Source: Spirochaetia bacterium (GTDB lineage Bacteria; Spirochaetota; Spirochaetia; CADAEX01). From it: a stretch of DNA of 64,000 bases. Of the stretch, positions 28,524 to 36,781 are shown in pieces. The stretch's first letter is position 1, and each line of letters starts with the position of its first letter. The notes under the pieces are model-generated. The model had not been told where the DNA came from. It made no database searches and saw only the letters and a list, made by a program, of their open reading frames with translations. A program made the translations under genes and the position numbers. The DNA lies in assembly GCA_024402405.1 (NCBI GenBank), contig JAKSTW010000001.1, positions 77,190-141,189 on the forward strand, written 5' to 3'.

Positions 28524-29354
28524 TCAATATTTTCCGAAATCCAGTTCTGCCACCTGGTGAGTCGTGCGCTGCTCTACAGGAGGCAGTTTCATATAATCAC
28601 CGAAAAGTTCTGTAAGAAATTCATGGGATTTTTCCAGAACCATGAATGTGTCATCCTCAAAAGGGAACTCAGTGAAACCGTCAAAAAGATATGCACTGCG
28701 CATCTCCCGCGGGATGCCATACCGTCCCGAAAGATAAGCCATAGTATCAGTCTTTTTCCTATTCAGTCGGTATGGATAATTTATGATGGTATGCCGCAGC
28801 CATTTTTTCGGAACCCAGAAGAAACATATCTTCATGCATTCGGCAACAAATCGTTTAAGTTTTGTGGTACCGTTATGATAGCCATTCTTCATGGAATAAA
28901 GAACTACGCAGAAATTCAGAAAGCAGAAATAAAATTTTGCCAGAAATTTACTGTCATAGATAGTGTCGTATGGGAGAACATCCACCAGAAAGCCTGTATT
29001 CCCCAAAGTCTCCGGCTGCTGAACACTCCGGTAGCTGGTACCGTTAAGCACCACCTTGGCAAAGAAAGTCCCTACTTTCTCATTCTGCTGGATGCACATA
29101 AGTGAGAACTCCGGACTCAATTCTTCAGGAGCAACTTTCAGAAAACGGTCATAATCTTCCCGGAGCATGGCAATGTCAATGTCATCATCCCATGGTATGA
29201 AACCTTTATGCCGTACAGCACCTATCAAAGTACCTCCGGTAAGGAAATATTTTATATCGTGCTTTGCGCAGACTCTTTTTATCTCTTTAAGAACTTTCAG
29301 TTCCAGAAGCTGGACTTTCCTGAGTTCTTCAGGCGTAAGTTTTTTACTCATCAT
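28524..29354 (-). CDS. licD: LicD-family phospho-alcohol transferase (canonical)
   Basis: 276 aa; DIKYFLTGGTLIGAVRHKGFIPWDDDIDIAM is an almost consensus LicD motif. Confidence 0.8.
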   Translation of the reverse strand: MMSKKLTPEELRKVQLLELKVLKEIKRVCAKHDIKYFLTGGTLIGAVRHKGFIPWDDDIDIAMLREDYDRFLKVAPEELSPEFSLMCIQQNEKVGTFFAKVVLNGTSYRSVQQPETLGNTGFLVDVLPYDTIYDSKFLAKFYFCFLNFCVVLYSMKNGYHNGTTKLKRFVAECMKICFFWVPKKWLRHTIINYPYRLNRKKTDTMAYLSGRYGIPREMRSAYLFDGFTEFPFEDDTFMVLEKSHEFLTELFGDYMKLPPVEQRTTHQVAELDFGKY

Positions 29355-30577
29355 AAGTACTCAATCGGAAGAACCACAAGGTTTTCCTTTAAATAAAGTT
29401 TCTGGTCATAGCGGCACAGGATAACTCCCAATCCCCGCTTCTTTTCAACCTCTTTATCCAGGACATTGAATGCATTAGCCATAGAAACATTCGGAGATGC
29501 CGACTTTTTTATCTCTACAGGATAAAGAATTCCATCCTGCTCAATTATCAAATCAATCTCTGAATCTCTGCTTTTATCGTTTCCCCTGTAATAAAATAAA
29601 TTGAAATCATACTCCATTCCTTCGTTAGTAAATGATTTTATGATTTCGGAGACAACGAATGTCTCAAAGATATTTCCACTTATAGCACTTTCTTCAAGAG
29701 CTTCTCCACTGTACCACTTTGAAAGATAACAACACAATCCAGTATCCCTGAAGTAGAGCTTCGGCGTTTTTATTGCCCGGTTAAGATGGCTTGAATAGTA
29801 TGGTTGAAGAATATATATCAAGCCAGTCCTTTCCAAAACAGATATCCATGACTTAATTGTTACCATAGAAACTCCGACATCTTCCGCCATATTTGCATAA
29901 TTAAGCAGTTGCCCTGTTCTGGCAGCACATGCTGCTAAAAATTTACGAAAGGCGATCTCATCTTTAATATTCAGTTCGCTCCGTATGTCCCTTTCCAGAT
30001 ATGTTTTTACATAGGAAGAATAAAAATCCATCCAGTCCCGGTCTGTTGTATGAAGCTGCGGATACATCCCTCTGTGGATGATCTTCCAGAGATTTTCATA
30101 TGGTTTAAGCTTTTTTTCACGCAAGGAGATATATTCTTCTGTCGGAACAAAATGCCTGTTGAATTTCACTCCATTCAGTTCCCTGAGGGAGAGCCCCTGA
30201 AGTTCCAGAATGCTTATTCTTCCTGCAAGAGATTCCTTTGATTTTTCCATAAGCCTCATCTGCTGTGAACCTGTCAAAATATAGCTACCATAATTGTCTG
30301 TATTATCACATTCCATCTTAATGTATGGGAAAATCTTTGAAGCATACTGAACTTCGTCCAGCATCACCGGCTTTGAAGCATTTTTTATAAAAAGTTTAGG
30401 ATCTTCCTCTGATGCTTCAAGAAGAATCTGATCATCAAATGTCATATACTTTATATCAGGGAATATTTTTCTGAGCAAAGTTGATTTTCCGACCTGCCTT
30501 GGGCCAGTCAGAAGAAGACACTTGCTGGTCTTTGACCTTTTTAATACTATCTCTTCAATTTCTCGTTCAATAAACAT
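29351..30577 (-). CDS. AAA-superfamily ATPase of the AAA_14 + DUF4143 type
   Basis: 408 aa; Walker A LLTGPRQVGKSTLL, Walker B VMLDEVQ; C-terminal region typical of DUF4143 proteins; ATGA overlap with licD start. Confidence 0.6.
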   Translation of the reverse strand: MFIEREIEEIVLKRSKTSKCLLLTGPRQVGKSTLLRKIFPDIKYMTFDDQILLEASEEDPKLFIKNASKPVMLDEVQYASKIFPYIKMECDNTDNYGSYILTGSQQMRLMEKSKESLAGRISILELQGLSLRELNGVKFNRHFVPTEEYISLREKKLKPYENLWKIIHRGMYPQLHTTDRDWMDFYSSYVKTYLERDIRSELNIKDEIAFRKFLAACAARTGQLLNYANMAEDVGVSMVTIKSWISVLERTGLIYILQPYYSSHLNRAIKTPKLYFRDTGLCCYLSKWYSGEALEESAISGNIFETFVVSEIIKSFTNEGMEYDFNLFYYRGNDKSRDSEIDLIIEQDGILYPVEIKKSASPNVSMANAFNVLDKEVEKKRGLGVILCRYDQKLYLKENLVVLPIEYL

Positions 30578-30594
30578 TAAGAAAATAACCCTTT

Positions 30595-30629
30595 GTGTAA
30601 AATATAAAGTTGGACTTTATATTTTACAC
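30595..30629. promoter_or_regulatory. Perfect 15-bp inverted repeat GTGTAAAATATAAAG-ttgga-CTTTATATTTTACAC, 18-52 nt upstream of the DUF4143 ATPase start
   Basis: Seen directly; located in the 136-bp gap between the SDR stop (30714) and the ATPase ATG (30577). Could be an operator or a weak intra-operon hairpin/attenuator. Confidence 0.4.
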
Positions 30630-30713
30630 GCCATAATCTTACAATATCACTTAGCAACATTAAACGCAAGTCAGCTAAAGGAAGAAATAAGATCCCTCTC
30701 GTGGTGTAAATCT

Positions 30714-31727
30714 TTACTCATTTTTCTTTTTCCTCATGCTGCGGATCAGATCATGTATCATATCTTCCAGATTTTTTTCAGGATGCCAGCCCAAAGCTTC
30801 CAGTTTTGAGGAATCCAGCTGCAATCTGACAACAGGGTTATATCCAAACCTGGCAGCATCTTCAGCCAGATCAAAAATCACCCGGCTGCCGGAATCAGGA
30901 TATAACTGACAGAAAAGCTTTGCCATATCCGCAATGGATACAGTCGTACTTTTATTTGCTATATTATACGCCTCTCCGGTCTCTCCGGAAAGAAGAACCG
31001 CCATAATTCCAGTTACAGCATCTGAGACATGACAATAATTCCGGACTGTCTCACCACGAGTCTTCAGAATAATATTTTCATGCTCAATAATACTTCTGGC
31101 AAACTGTGCGAATACCCGCCCGTCATCATATGCAACTCCGTCCCCGAAAGTCTGTGCCAGCCGTGCTATCTTAACCGGAATTCCATATTCTGCGGCATAA
31201 GAACAGCACATGCACTCACATAACCGTTTTCCCTCAGAATAACTGGAACGGATAGAAAGAGGATCGGTCAGTCCATAATCTGTCTCGGCAACATTCCTGA
31301 CTTCAGCATCATCAAACTTTCCATAAACTTCCAATGAACTCAGATACACAAAGCCTTTCAGCTTTTTGCCTATGCACTGATCAAGGAGATTTATTGTTCC
31401 CTGAACTGCTGTTTTTATAGTCTCCACAGGCTTTTTTACAAAGCTTATGGAAGATGTTGTACTTGCTGCATGGATAATATGATCAGCAGCACAATTTCTG
31501 ATATCCAGAGTACATATATCCCCATATACAGGCACAATATTATTCAAATCACAGCCCGAAAAGCATGATCTGAACTTTTCCTCACTGCGGCAGCAGGCAT
31601 AGATTCTGATCCCGCGGTTCTCTTCTCTGTTCAATCTGTCCAGAAAAAGAACCAGACGGCTGCCTATAAGACCAGTAGCTCCGGTAATGAGCACCGCTGT
31701 ATCTTTCAGTTCCTCAAACATCATCAT
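30714..31727 (-). CDS. NAD(P)-dependent epimerase/dehydratase-fold reductase (extended SDR), probable partner of the IspD-like cytidylyltransferase (CDP-polyol synthesis)
   Basis: 337 aa; VLITGATGLIGSRL Rossmann motif, YSEGK catalytic motif; ATGA overlap with the IspD-like gene. Arrangement parallels the two domains of Haemophilus Bcs1 (CDP-ribitol synthase). Confidence 0.55.
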   Translation of the reverse strand: MMMFEELKDTAVLITGATGLIGSRLVLFLDRLNREENRGIRIYACCRSEEKFRSCFSGCDLNNIVPVYGDICTLDIRNCAADHIIHAASTTSSISFVKKPVETIKTAVQGTINLLDQCIGKKLKGFVYLSSLEVYGKFDDAEVRNVAETDYGLTDPLSIRSSYSEGKRLCECMCCSYAAEYGIPVKIARLAQTFGDGVAYDDGRVFAQFARSIIEHENIILKTRGETVRNYCHVSDAVTGIMAVLLSGETGEAYNIANKSTTVSIADMAKLFCQLYPDSGSRVIFDLAEDAARFGYNPVVRLQLDSSKLEALGWHPEKNLEDMIHDLIRSMRKKKNE

Positions 31728-32440
31728 ATCCCGAAGATCTGCTGGTTCTCACGGACATCATAAAGAGCCCGGAATGTATAGAAATCAGCAGGAGTTGTTA
31801 TCTTTATGTTGTCAAAAGTACCCAGAACAGTATAGAGCTCATTGCCGTAATACCGCATAAGGCTGGCAGAATCTATCATGTTAAACTTGCCATCCTTTAT
31901 TGCCTGTTCATGGGCTTTCAGTATGTCACCAAGATAAAAACACTGTGGCGCTTTGGCATGGTAACACTTGCTCCTGTCAGTGATAGTCTGGATCCTGTTT
32001 CCATCTGTGGTAACTATCGTTTCGATAGCCGGAGTCACGGTGATGGCAGAACCATGCGCTTTCACAGAATTGATGCAGGCAGAGATAAGCTCATCATTCA
32101 CCAGGGGCCGCACACCGTCATGGATCAGCACAATGGAATCATCCGGTGCAAACTCATGTATGGCTCTGAGTCCGTTATAAATGGATTCCTGACCTGTTTT
32201 TCCACCGGGAACCACCGCCTTTACCTTATCCAGCTCATATTTATCCAGCAGTTTTTTCAGCGCCGGGATCCAAGGCTCCAGGCAGGCAATCACAATATTG
32301 TCGATCTCATGATGATACTGGAAATTCTCAAGTGTATGAATGATTATCTCCTTGCCATACAGTCTGAGAAACTGCTTAGGCTTGGATTTGCTGTTCATTC
32401 GGCTTCCTGAACCGCCTGCAAAAATAAGCACATTATTCAT
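31724..32440 (-). CDS. IspD/TarI-family cytidylyltransferase (ribitol-5-phosphate or related polyol-phosphate cytidylyltransferase)
   Basis: 238 aa; IFAGGSGSRMNSKSKPKQFL matches the IspD/TarI GGxGxRM...KQ(F/Y)L signature. Confidence 0.65.
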   Translation of the reverse strand: MNNVLIFAGGSGSRMNSKSKPKQFLRLYGKEIIIHTLENFQYHHEIDNIVIACLEPWIPALKKLLDKYELDKVKAVVPGGKTGQESIYNGLRAIHEFAPDDSIVLIHDGVRPLVNDELISACINSVKAHGSAITVTPAIETIVTTDGNRIQTITDRSKCYHAKAPQCFYLGDILKAHEQAIKDGKFNMIDSASLMRYYGNELYTVLGTFDNIKITTPADFYTFRALYDVRENQQIFGI

Positions 32441-32444
32441 CGGA

Positions 32445-33794
32445 TCACCTCTTTTTTCTATATTTCTGTGTCGGACTTTTAGGTTTTTCAGGCTGAGTCT
32501 GTTCTATCAGTCCCAGCTTCATGGCAGGCTGTATATAATCAACCATCAAAGTAGGACGATGTTTCAAATTCAGCCGGTCAAGTATTTCTCTGACCGAAAG
32601 CTCTGCATCAAGTACACTCAAAAGCCGCCTGACTTGTTCGGTTACTTGTTCGGTTACTTGTTCGGTTACTTGTTCGGTTACTTGTGTCCTGAAAATTGTA
32701 ACAAAAAGACCACCATCTTTTATCGCAAACTCAGGCTCAGGAAATCCAGCAGTCTTAAAACCATCTACTATTTTCCTAATCCCACGTCCCCATGACTCAA
32801 TAAAACCAGCTTTATAAAAGACATTTGCAATATTTTTATTCCTTGGCTTGGATGAATGAGGCTCAAGTAACGTCTGCGGCGTAAATCCTACAGGAAGTTC
32901 TCCCTCATTCCATAAGGTAATTCTGTCATTGAAAACCCGCATCTGAATAGGAGCACCAGAGTAATTTTTATGGATAATGGCATTAAAAATCACCTCTCTC
33001 AAGGCATCCTCAGGAATCTCCAATGGTTCAATACGTTCCAGCCTCTCATAATGGACAGGTCGGATAATATATTTTGACGAAAGAATTTCAATAACACGAT
33101 CTGCCATCTGCAAGATATTTCCCTCGATAAGATCCTGAAACAACAAATCAGTCTCATCCTTTCCAAAACGACCTATCTTAAACTGCACTGCAGTAAAAAA
33201 TCGCTGAGGATTCTTTGCAAACAGCAAGACTGCTGCATTTTTCAGGCAACCTTCAGGTGTCATCAAATTCAAATTTTCCAATATAGCTGTTTTATCATAA
33301 ATATCCATTTCTGCAGGAATTCTCCCTGATTTCAAGGCCTTGTTTATAAAATATTTTATTGCCTTATCATCAAGACTATCCAAGGTTGCAGATGAGCAAG
33401 CAACATTGTCCCAACTGATTCCCATTTTTTTAAAAAGAAATTCCTGCAATGCTATACCAGTAAGCTCCTGTTTAGTAGAACCAGACCGATAATGATAAGT
33501 ACCTTTATAGGAAATTGGAACATTAGATGCCAGAACAGTTATGCGGAGATATTCTTTTCCGTTTTCAACCAATAAATCGACATCACAGACAATCCCAAGA
33601 AGAGAAATTATTTTATTGGGAATATCCTCAAGTAATCTTCTTGAATTAGGAAGACCGCTGATATTGCCATCATCATCTATACCAATATAAAGTATCCCGC
33701 CATGTGCATTGGCAAATCCGCAGATCCATTTAAGATATTCATCATGCCATGTTTCTTTAAATTCTGTATTCTGATTCTCTTTTCTCAACATCAT
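32445..33794 (-). CDS. AlbA_2 (putative DNA-binding) + HATPase_c_4 (RecG-C-terminal-like) protein with C-terminal winged-helix segment; contains an internal (TEQV)x4 repeat
   Basis: 449 aa; N-terminal NTEFKETWHDEYLKWICGFANAHGGILYIGIDDDG is the AlbA_2 signature; central region resembles HATPase_c_4; the C-terminus (RRLLSVLDAELSVREILDRL) is HTH-like; the 12-nt tandem repeat encodes TEQVTEQVTEQVTEQV. Confidence 0.55.
   Translation of the reverse strand: MMLRKENQNTEFKETWHDEYLKWICGFANAHGGILYIGIDDDGNISGLPNSRRLLEDIPNKIISLLGIVCDVDLLVENGKEYLRITVLASNVPISYKGTYHYRSGSTKQELTGIALQEFLFKKMGISWDNVACSSATLDSLDDKAIKYFINKALKSGRIPAEMDIYDKTAILENLNLMTPEGCLKNAAVLLFAKNPQRFFTAVQFKIGRFGKDETDLLFQDLIEGNILQMADRVIEILSSKYIIRPVHYERLERIEPLEIPEDALREVIFNAIIHKNYSGAPIQMRVFNDRITLWNEGELPVGFTPQTLLEPHSSKPRNKNIANVFYKAGFIESWGRGIRKIVDGFKTAGFPEPEFAIKDGGLFVTIFRTQVTEQVTEQVTEQVTEQVRRLLSVLDAELSVREILDRLNLKHRPTLMVDYIQPAMKLGLIEQTQPEKPKSPTQKYRKKR
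32633..32686. repeat. 12-bp tandem repeat (cttgttcggtta) x4 plus a partial copy, inside CDS 32445..33794
   Basis: Seen directly: four perfect consecutive copies at 32633-32680 followed by cttgtg; in-frame (multiple of 3). Confidence 0.9.
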
Positions 33795-33818
33795 TCCAAT
33801 TATGATCCTAAAGTATAA

Positions 33819-34844
33819 TCATATCTCAAAATCTGACTTTTCAGGAAACATTTTATCAAAAGCACGCAACAGCATATCTGTTTTTTCTTTAAAACAATCA
33901 ATTCCATTTCCTTTATATACATCATCATTAATACATATTTCTTTATATTTGTGAGATGTTATATCTTCAATATCATTTTCAGAAATAGTCTGCAAACAAT
34001 ATTTCCCCTCAAATCTGGTGGCATTAAAAGGAACAAAATTGCCACTGTACAAATTCCAGATACGAAACAGCCACTGATTGACATCTTCATATTGATTTCT
34101 GAATTTATGTGCCATTGTCTTTTCCAGAATATCACCACAATTGTTCCATACTTCAATAAGTGTGGACTTCAAATATGGCTGGGCAAAATGGCGTGTAGCT
34201 AAGGCACCAAAACTGGCTTTATTTACAACCAATAAATTCCTTATCATTCTTTTCCCGTACTTATGTGAAAAAAACTTGCTTTTATTTTTTCTAATCACAT
34301 CGCCTTTATTGAAATGTTTGTTAAGGACTATCAGATCATTCATATAAATATGCGGAATCCCGGAATTCAGAAAATCCAATGCAGCTAAAAAAGCATAATC
34401 ACATGGAAGACCATTTTTGAAGAAATAATCTGGCGAAATAAAATCTGTCAGAAAAAAATCATCATTAAAATAGATGAAATGTTCAGCCAGCCCATTTATT
34501 TTATGCATAAATAATTCAATAGGATGACTGCTGAACACTGGTAAATATTCTGGCAATATATAATCAGAATGCTTGACCCAATTCAATTTAGGATTATTTA
34601 AATTCAGCCAATCAGGTTTTTGACCGCATGTTATAAAATGAACTTTATTCACCCACGATGCATATTTTTCGATTCCCCGAAACCAATATTTTAACAGGCC
34701 ATAATCACGGAAGCGGGAAGCATCTGACAATTTTTCATCAGGTATCAATACCTTATTTCCAGGATTGTATTTATTAAATTGTTCTATCCATACTGGGTCA
34801 TTCCCATCGACCCAGGGAATAACTATATCAATTGGATATTCCAT
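33819..34844 (-). CDS. Stealth-family hexose-1-phosphate transferase (capsule phosphotransferase; SacB/CsaB/XcbA-like)
   Basis: 341 aa; PIDIVIPWVDGNDPVW matches Stealth CR1 (D-V-V-x-T-W-V-N-G-x-D-P) and SRFRDYGLLKYWFRGI resembles CR2 (RFRDNEELRYSLRS). Confidence 0.65.
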   Translation of the reverse strand: MEYPIDIVIPWVDGNDPVWIEQFNKYNPGNKVLIPDEKLSDASRFRDYGLLKYWFRGIEKYASWVNKVHFITCGQKPDWLNLNNPKLNWVKHSDYILPEYLPVFSSHPIELFMHKINGLAEHFIYFNDDFFLTDFISPDYFFKNGLPCDYAFLAALDFLNSGIPHIYMNDLIVLNKHFNKGDVIRKNKSKFFSHKYGKRMIRNLLVVNKASFGALATRHFAQPYLKSTLIEVWNNCGDILEKTMAHKFRNQYEDVNQWLFRIWNLYSGNFVPFNATRFEGKYCLQTISENDIEDITSHKYKEICINDDVYKGNGIDCFKEKTDMLLRAFDKMFPEKSDFEI

Positions 34845-35850
34845 TTTTTATATTCTCCTTCAATTTATGGATAAAATATAACAACTTATATTGCCTGAAC
34901 TGTAAAAGCAAAATGGTCATATTACATCTGAACGGAAATATTTTATAAGGTCTTAAATTCCTTTTTATCTCTTCATGACCTGTCATAAACAGGATATAGT
35001 CTTTAAATTCACTAAAGGTTATATTATCGCGTATTATTTTATAAATAAATCTTAATAGATATTGGATAAGATAAACTGGAAGAATTTTTTCTGTTAGATG
35101 ATTCTTATCTATCTGCTGAATCCTGTTATAAACAACAATTACTGATTTAAATTTATCCTTGGAGAATTTTCGTGTGACCTGCTGTTCTGATAATCTGTAA
35201 TTCCAAAGACAATCTTCAAGAATCACAATTCTTTCAGAATCATTCAAACACTCCAATGTTATTATATTATCTTCAGCATAAAATATTCCCAATGCATGTT
35301 TTATACCTTTTTTTGCAATTTCTTTCTTATAAATTTTACCCCATGCATATATAGGAATACCAAACCCTCTTACTTTTTTATCATAAAACAATGATTCTGA
35401 TATGATCTTATCAATTCCAGATCTGTCGTATATACCCAAAATAGGTTTGATTTCTTTTTTTCTAATATCATTTTTCACTTCATAACACTGACAGACTGCC
35501 ATATCTGCATCATTCTGAAGAGCTGCTCTATAAAGCACTTCCACAGCATCAGGTTCGATCCAGTCATCACTGTCCACAAAAACTATCCATGCTCCGGAAG
35601 CCATATCCAGACCACTGTTTCTGGCAGCACTCAATCCCTGATTCTCCTGATGGATAACCTTCACACGGCTGTCTTTCTGTACATATTCATCACAGATCTT
35701 GCCGCAGCTGTCCGGTGAGCCGTCATCCACCAGAATACATTCAAAATCTGTGAATGTCTGGGCAAGTATGGAATCCACACACTTATTCAAATATGGTTCA
35801 ACTTTATAAACCGGTACTATTATTGATACTTCAGGCATATTACTTTCCAA
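34828..35850 (-). CDS. GT2-family glycosyltransferase (tandem paralogue A)
   Basis: 340 aa; MPEVSIIVPVYKVEPYLNKCVDSILAQTFTDFECILVDDGSPDSCGKICDEY...; the first ~100 codons are near-identical in nucleotide sequence to the next gene. Confidence 0.75.
   Translation of the reverse strand: MESNMPEVSIIVPVYKVEPYLNKCVDSILAQTFTDFECILVDDGSPDSCGKICDEYVQKDSRVKVIHQENQGLSAARNSGLDMASGAWIVFVDSDDWIEPDAVEVLYRAALQNDADMAVCQCYEVKNDIRKKEIKPILGIYDRSGIDKIISESLFYDKKVRGFGIPIYAWGKIYKKEIAKKGIKHALGIFYAEDNIITLECLNDSERIVILEDCLWNYRLSEQQVTRKFSKDKFKSVIVVYNRIQQIDKNHLTEKILPVYLIQYLLRFIYKIIRDNITFSEFKDYILFMTGHEEIKRNLRPYKIFPFRCNMTILLLQFRQYKLLYFIHKLKENIKNGISN
35555..35850. repeat. ~290-bp direct repeat, copy 1 (5' ends of the tandem GT2 genes); copy 2 at 36498..36781
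   Basis: Manual alignment of 35555-35850 with 36498-36781 shows roughly 90% nucleotide identity (about 23 mismatches counted by eye over ~295 nt). Confidence 0.8.
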
Positions 35851-36781
35851 TTTTCACTAATTTATTTACCAGCATATCCATATGAAGAATTATCATAAGA
35901 TATTTGATCTTCTTTTTTCCATGATAAAATCTGACAGCCTGCCAGTTTGCCTCAGGAAACATATTTCTCCAGGTATTAAAATCAAGCGGTTCATGCTTGA
36001 TAAACCAGTTCTTTATTTCCATCTTATATTGGAGGATGGTACTGTAAAATCTGTCAAGCTGTCCGATCTTTGAAATATCTGTTTCAATTCTGCGGCATAC
36101 CTCTGTCTTTGTATAAATATTTTTCCTTCTGATATTATTAATTATTGATCCGCTTCTTTGCCTGTAATGATAAAGCTTATCTGCCATGCACCACACCTTT
36201 CTGCCAGCAGCCAGAGCCATATAAGAAAAATAAGTATCTCCATTATTAGATATATCCTCAGGGAATCTCAGTCCAATTTTTTTAAGCATTTCAAAAGAAT
36301 ACATCCGCATCCAGCACATTCCATTCCACCAGGCAAGAGGTTCATTTCTGGAAAATTTCAATTCTCCCTCTTTGATTCCATCATGTTTCAAGTACTTTTT
36401 TTCATTTATATTTTCATCATAACATACATCAAAATCCCACTGAACAATATCAGCACCATGCCTATCAGCAGAAAGTGCCTTTTCCAACAAATCGCCCTCG
36501 ATCCAGTCATCACCATCCACAAAAACTATCCATGCCCCGGAAGCCATATCCAGGCCGCTGTTTCTGGCTGCATTTACCCCATGATTCTCCTGATGGATAA
36601 CCTTCACACGACTGTCTTTCTGTGCATATTCATCACAGATCTTTCCGCAGCTGTCTGGTGAGCCGTCATCCACCAGAATACATTCAAAATCTGTGAATGT
36701 CTGGGCCAGTATGGAATCCACACACTTATTCAAATATTTTTCAACTTTATAAACTGGGACTATTATGGATATCTCAGGCAT
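35840..36781 (-). CDS. GT2-family glycosyltransferase (tandem paralogue B)
   Basis: 313 aa; MPEISIIVPVYKVEKYLNKCVDSILAQTFTDFECILVDDGSPDSCGKICDEY...; diverges from paralogue A after the GT-A core. Confidence 0.75.
   Translation of the reverse strand: MPEISIIVPVYKVEKYLNKCVDSILAQTFTDFECILVDDGSPDSCGKICDEYAQKDSRVKVIHQENHGVNAARNSGLDMASGAWIVFVDGDDWIEGDLLEKALSADRHGADIVQWDFDVCYDENINEKKYLKHDGIKEGELKFSRNEPLAWWNGMCWMRMYSFEMLKKIGLRFPEDISNNGDTYFSYMALAAGRKVWCMADKLYHYRQRSGSIINNIRRKNIYTKTEVCRRIETDISKIGQLDRFYSTILQYKMEIKNWFIKHEPLDFNTWRNMFPEANWQAVRFYHGKKKIKYLMIILHMDMLVNKLVKIGK

Noticed and set aside
29351-30577. Mobile-element or genomic-island interpretation of the DUF4143 ATPase region
   Set aside because: No integrase, transposase, tRNA, or flanking direct repeats were found. 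The gene shares 4-nt overlaps and strand with its neighbours, so an island boundary is not supported by sequence.
32633-32686. Possible CRISPR-like array from short direct repeats
   Set aside because: 12-bp units are contiguous with no spacers and lie in frame within a CDS. This is a coding microsatellite, not CRISPR.
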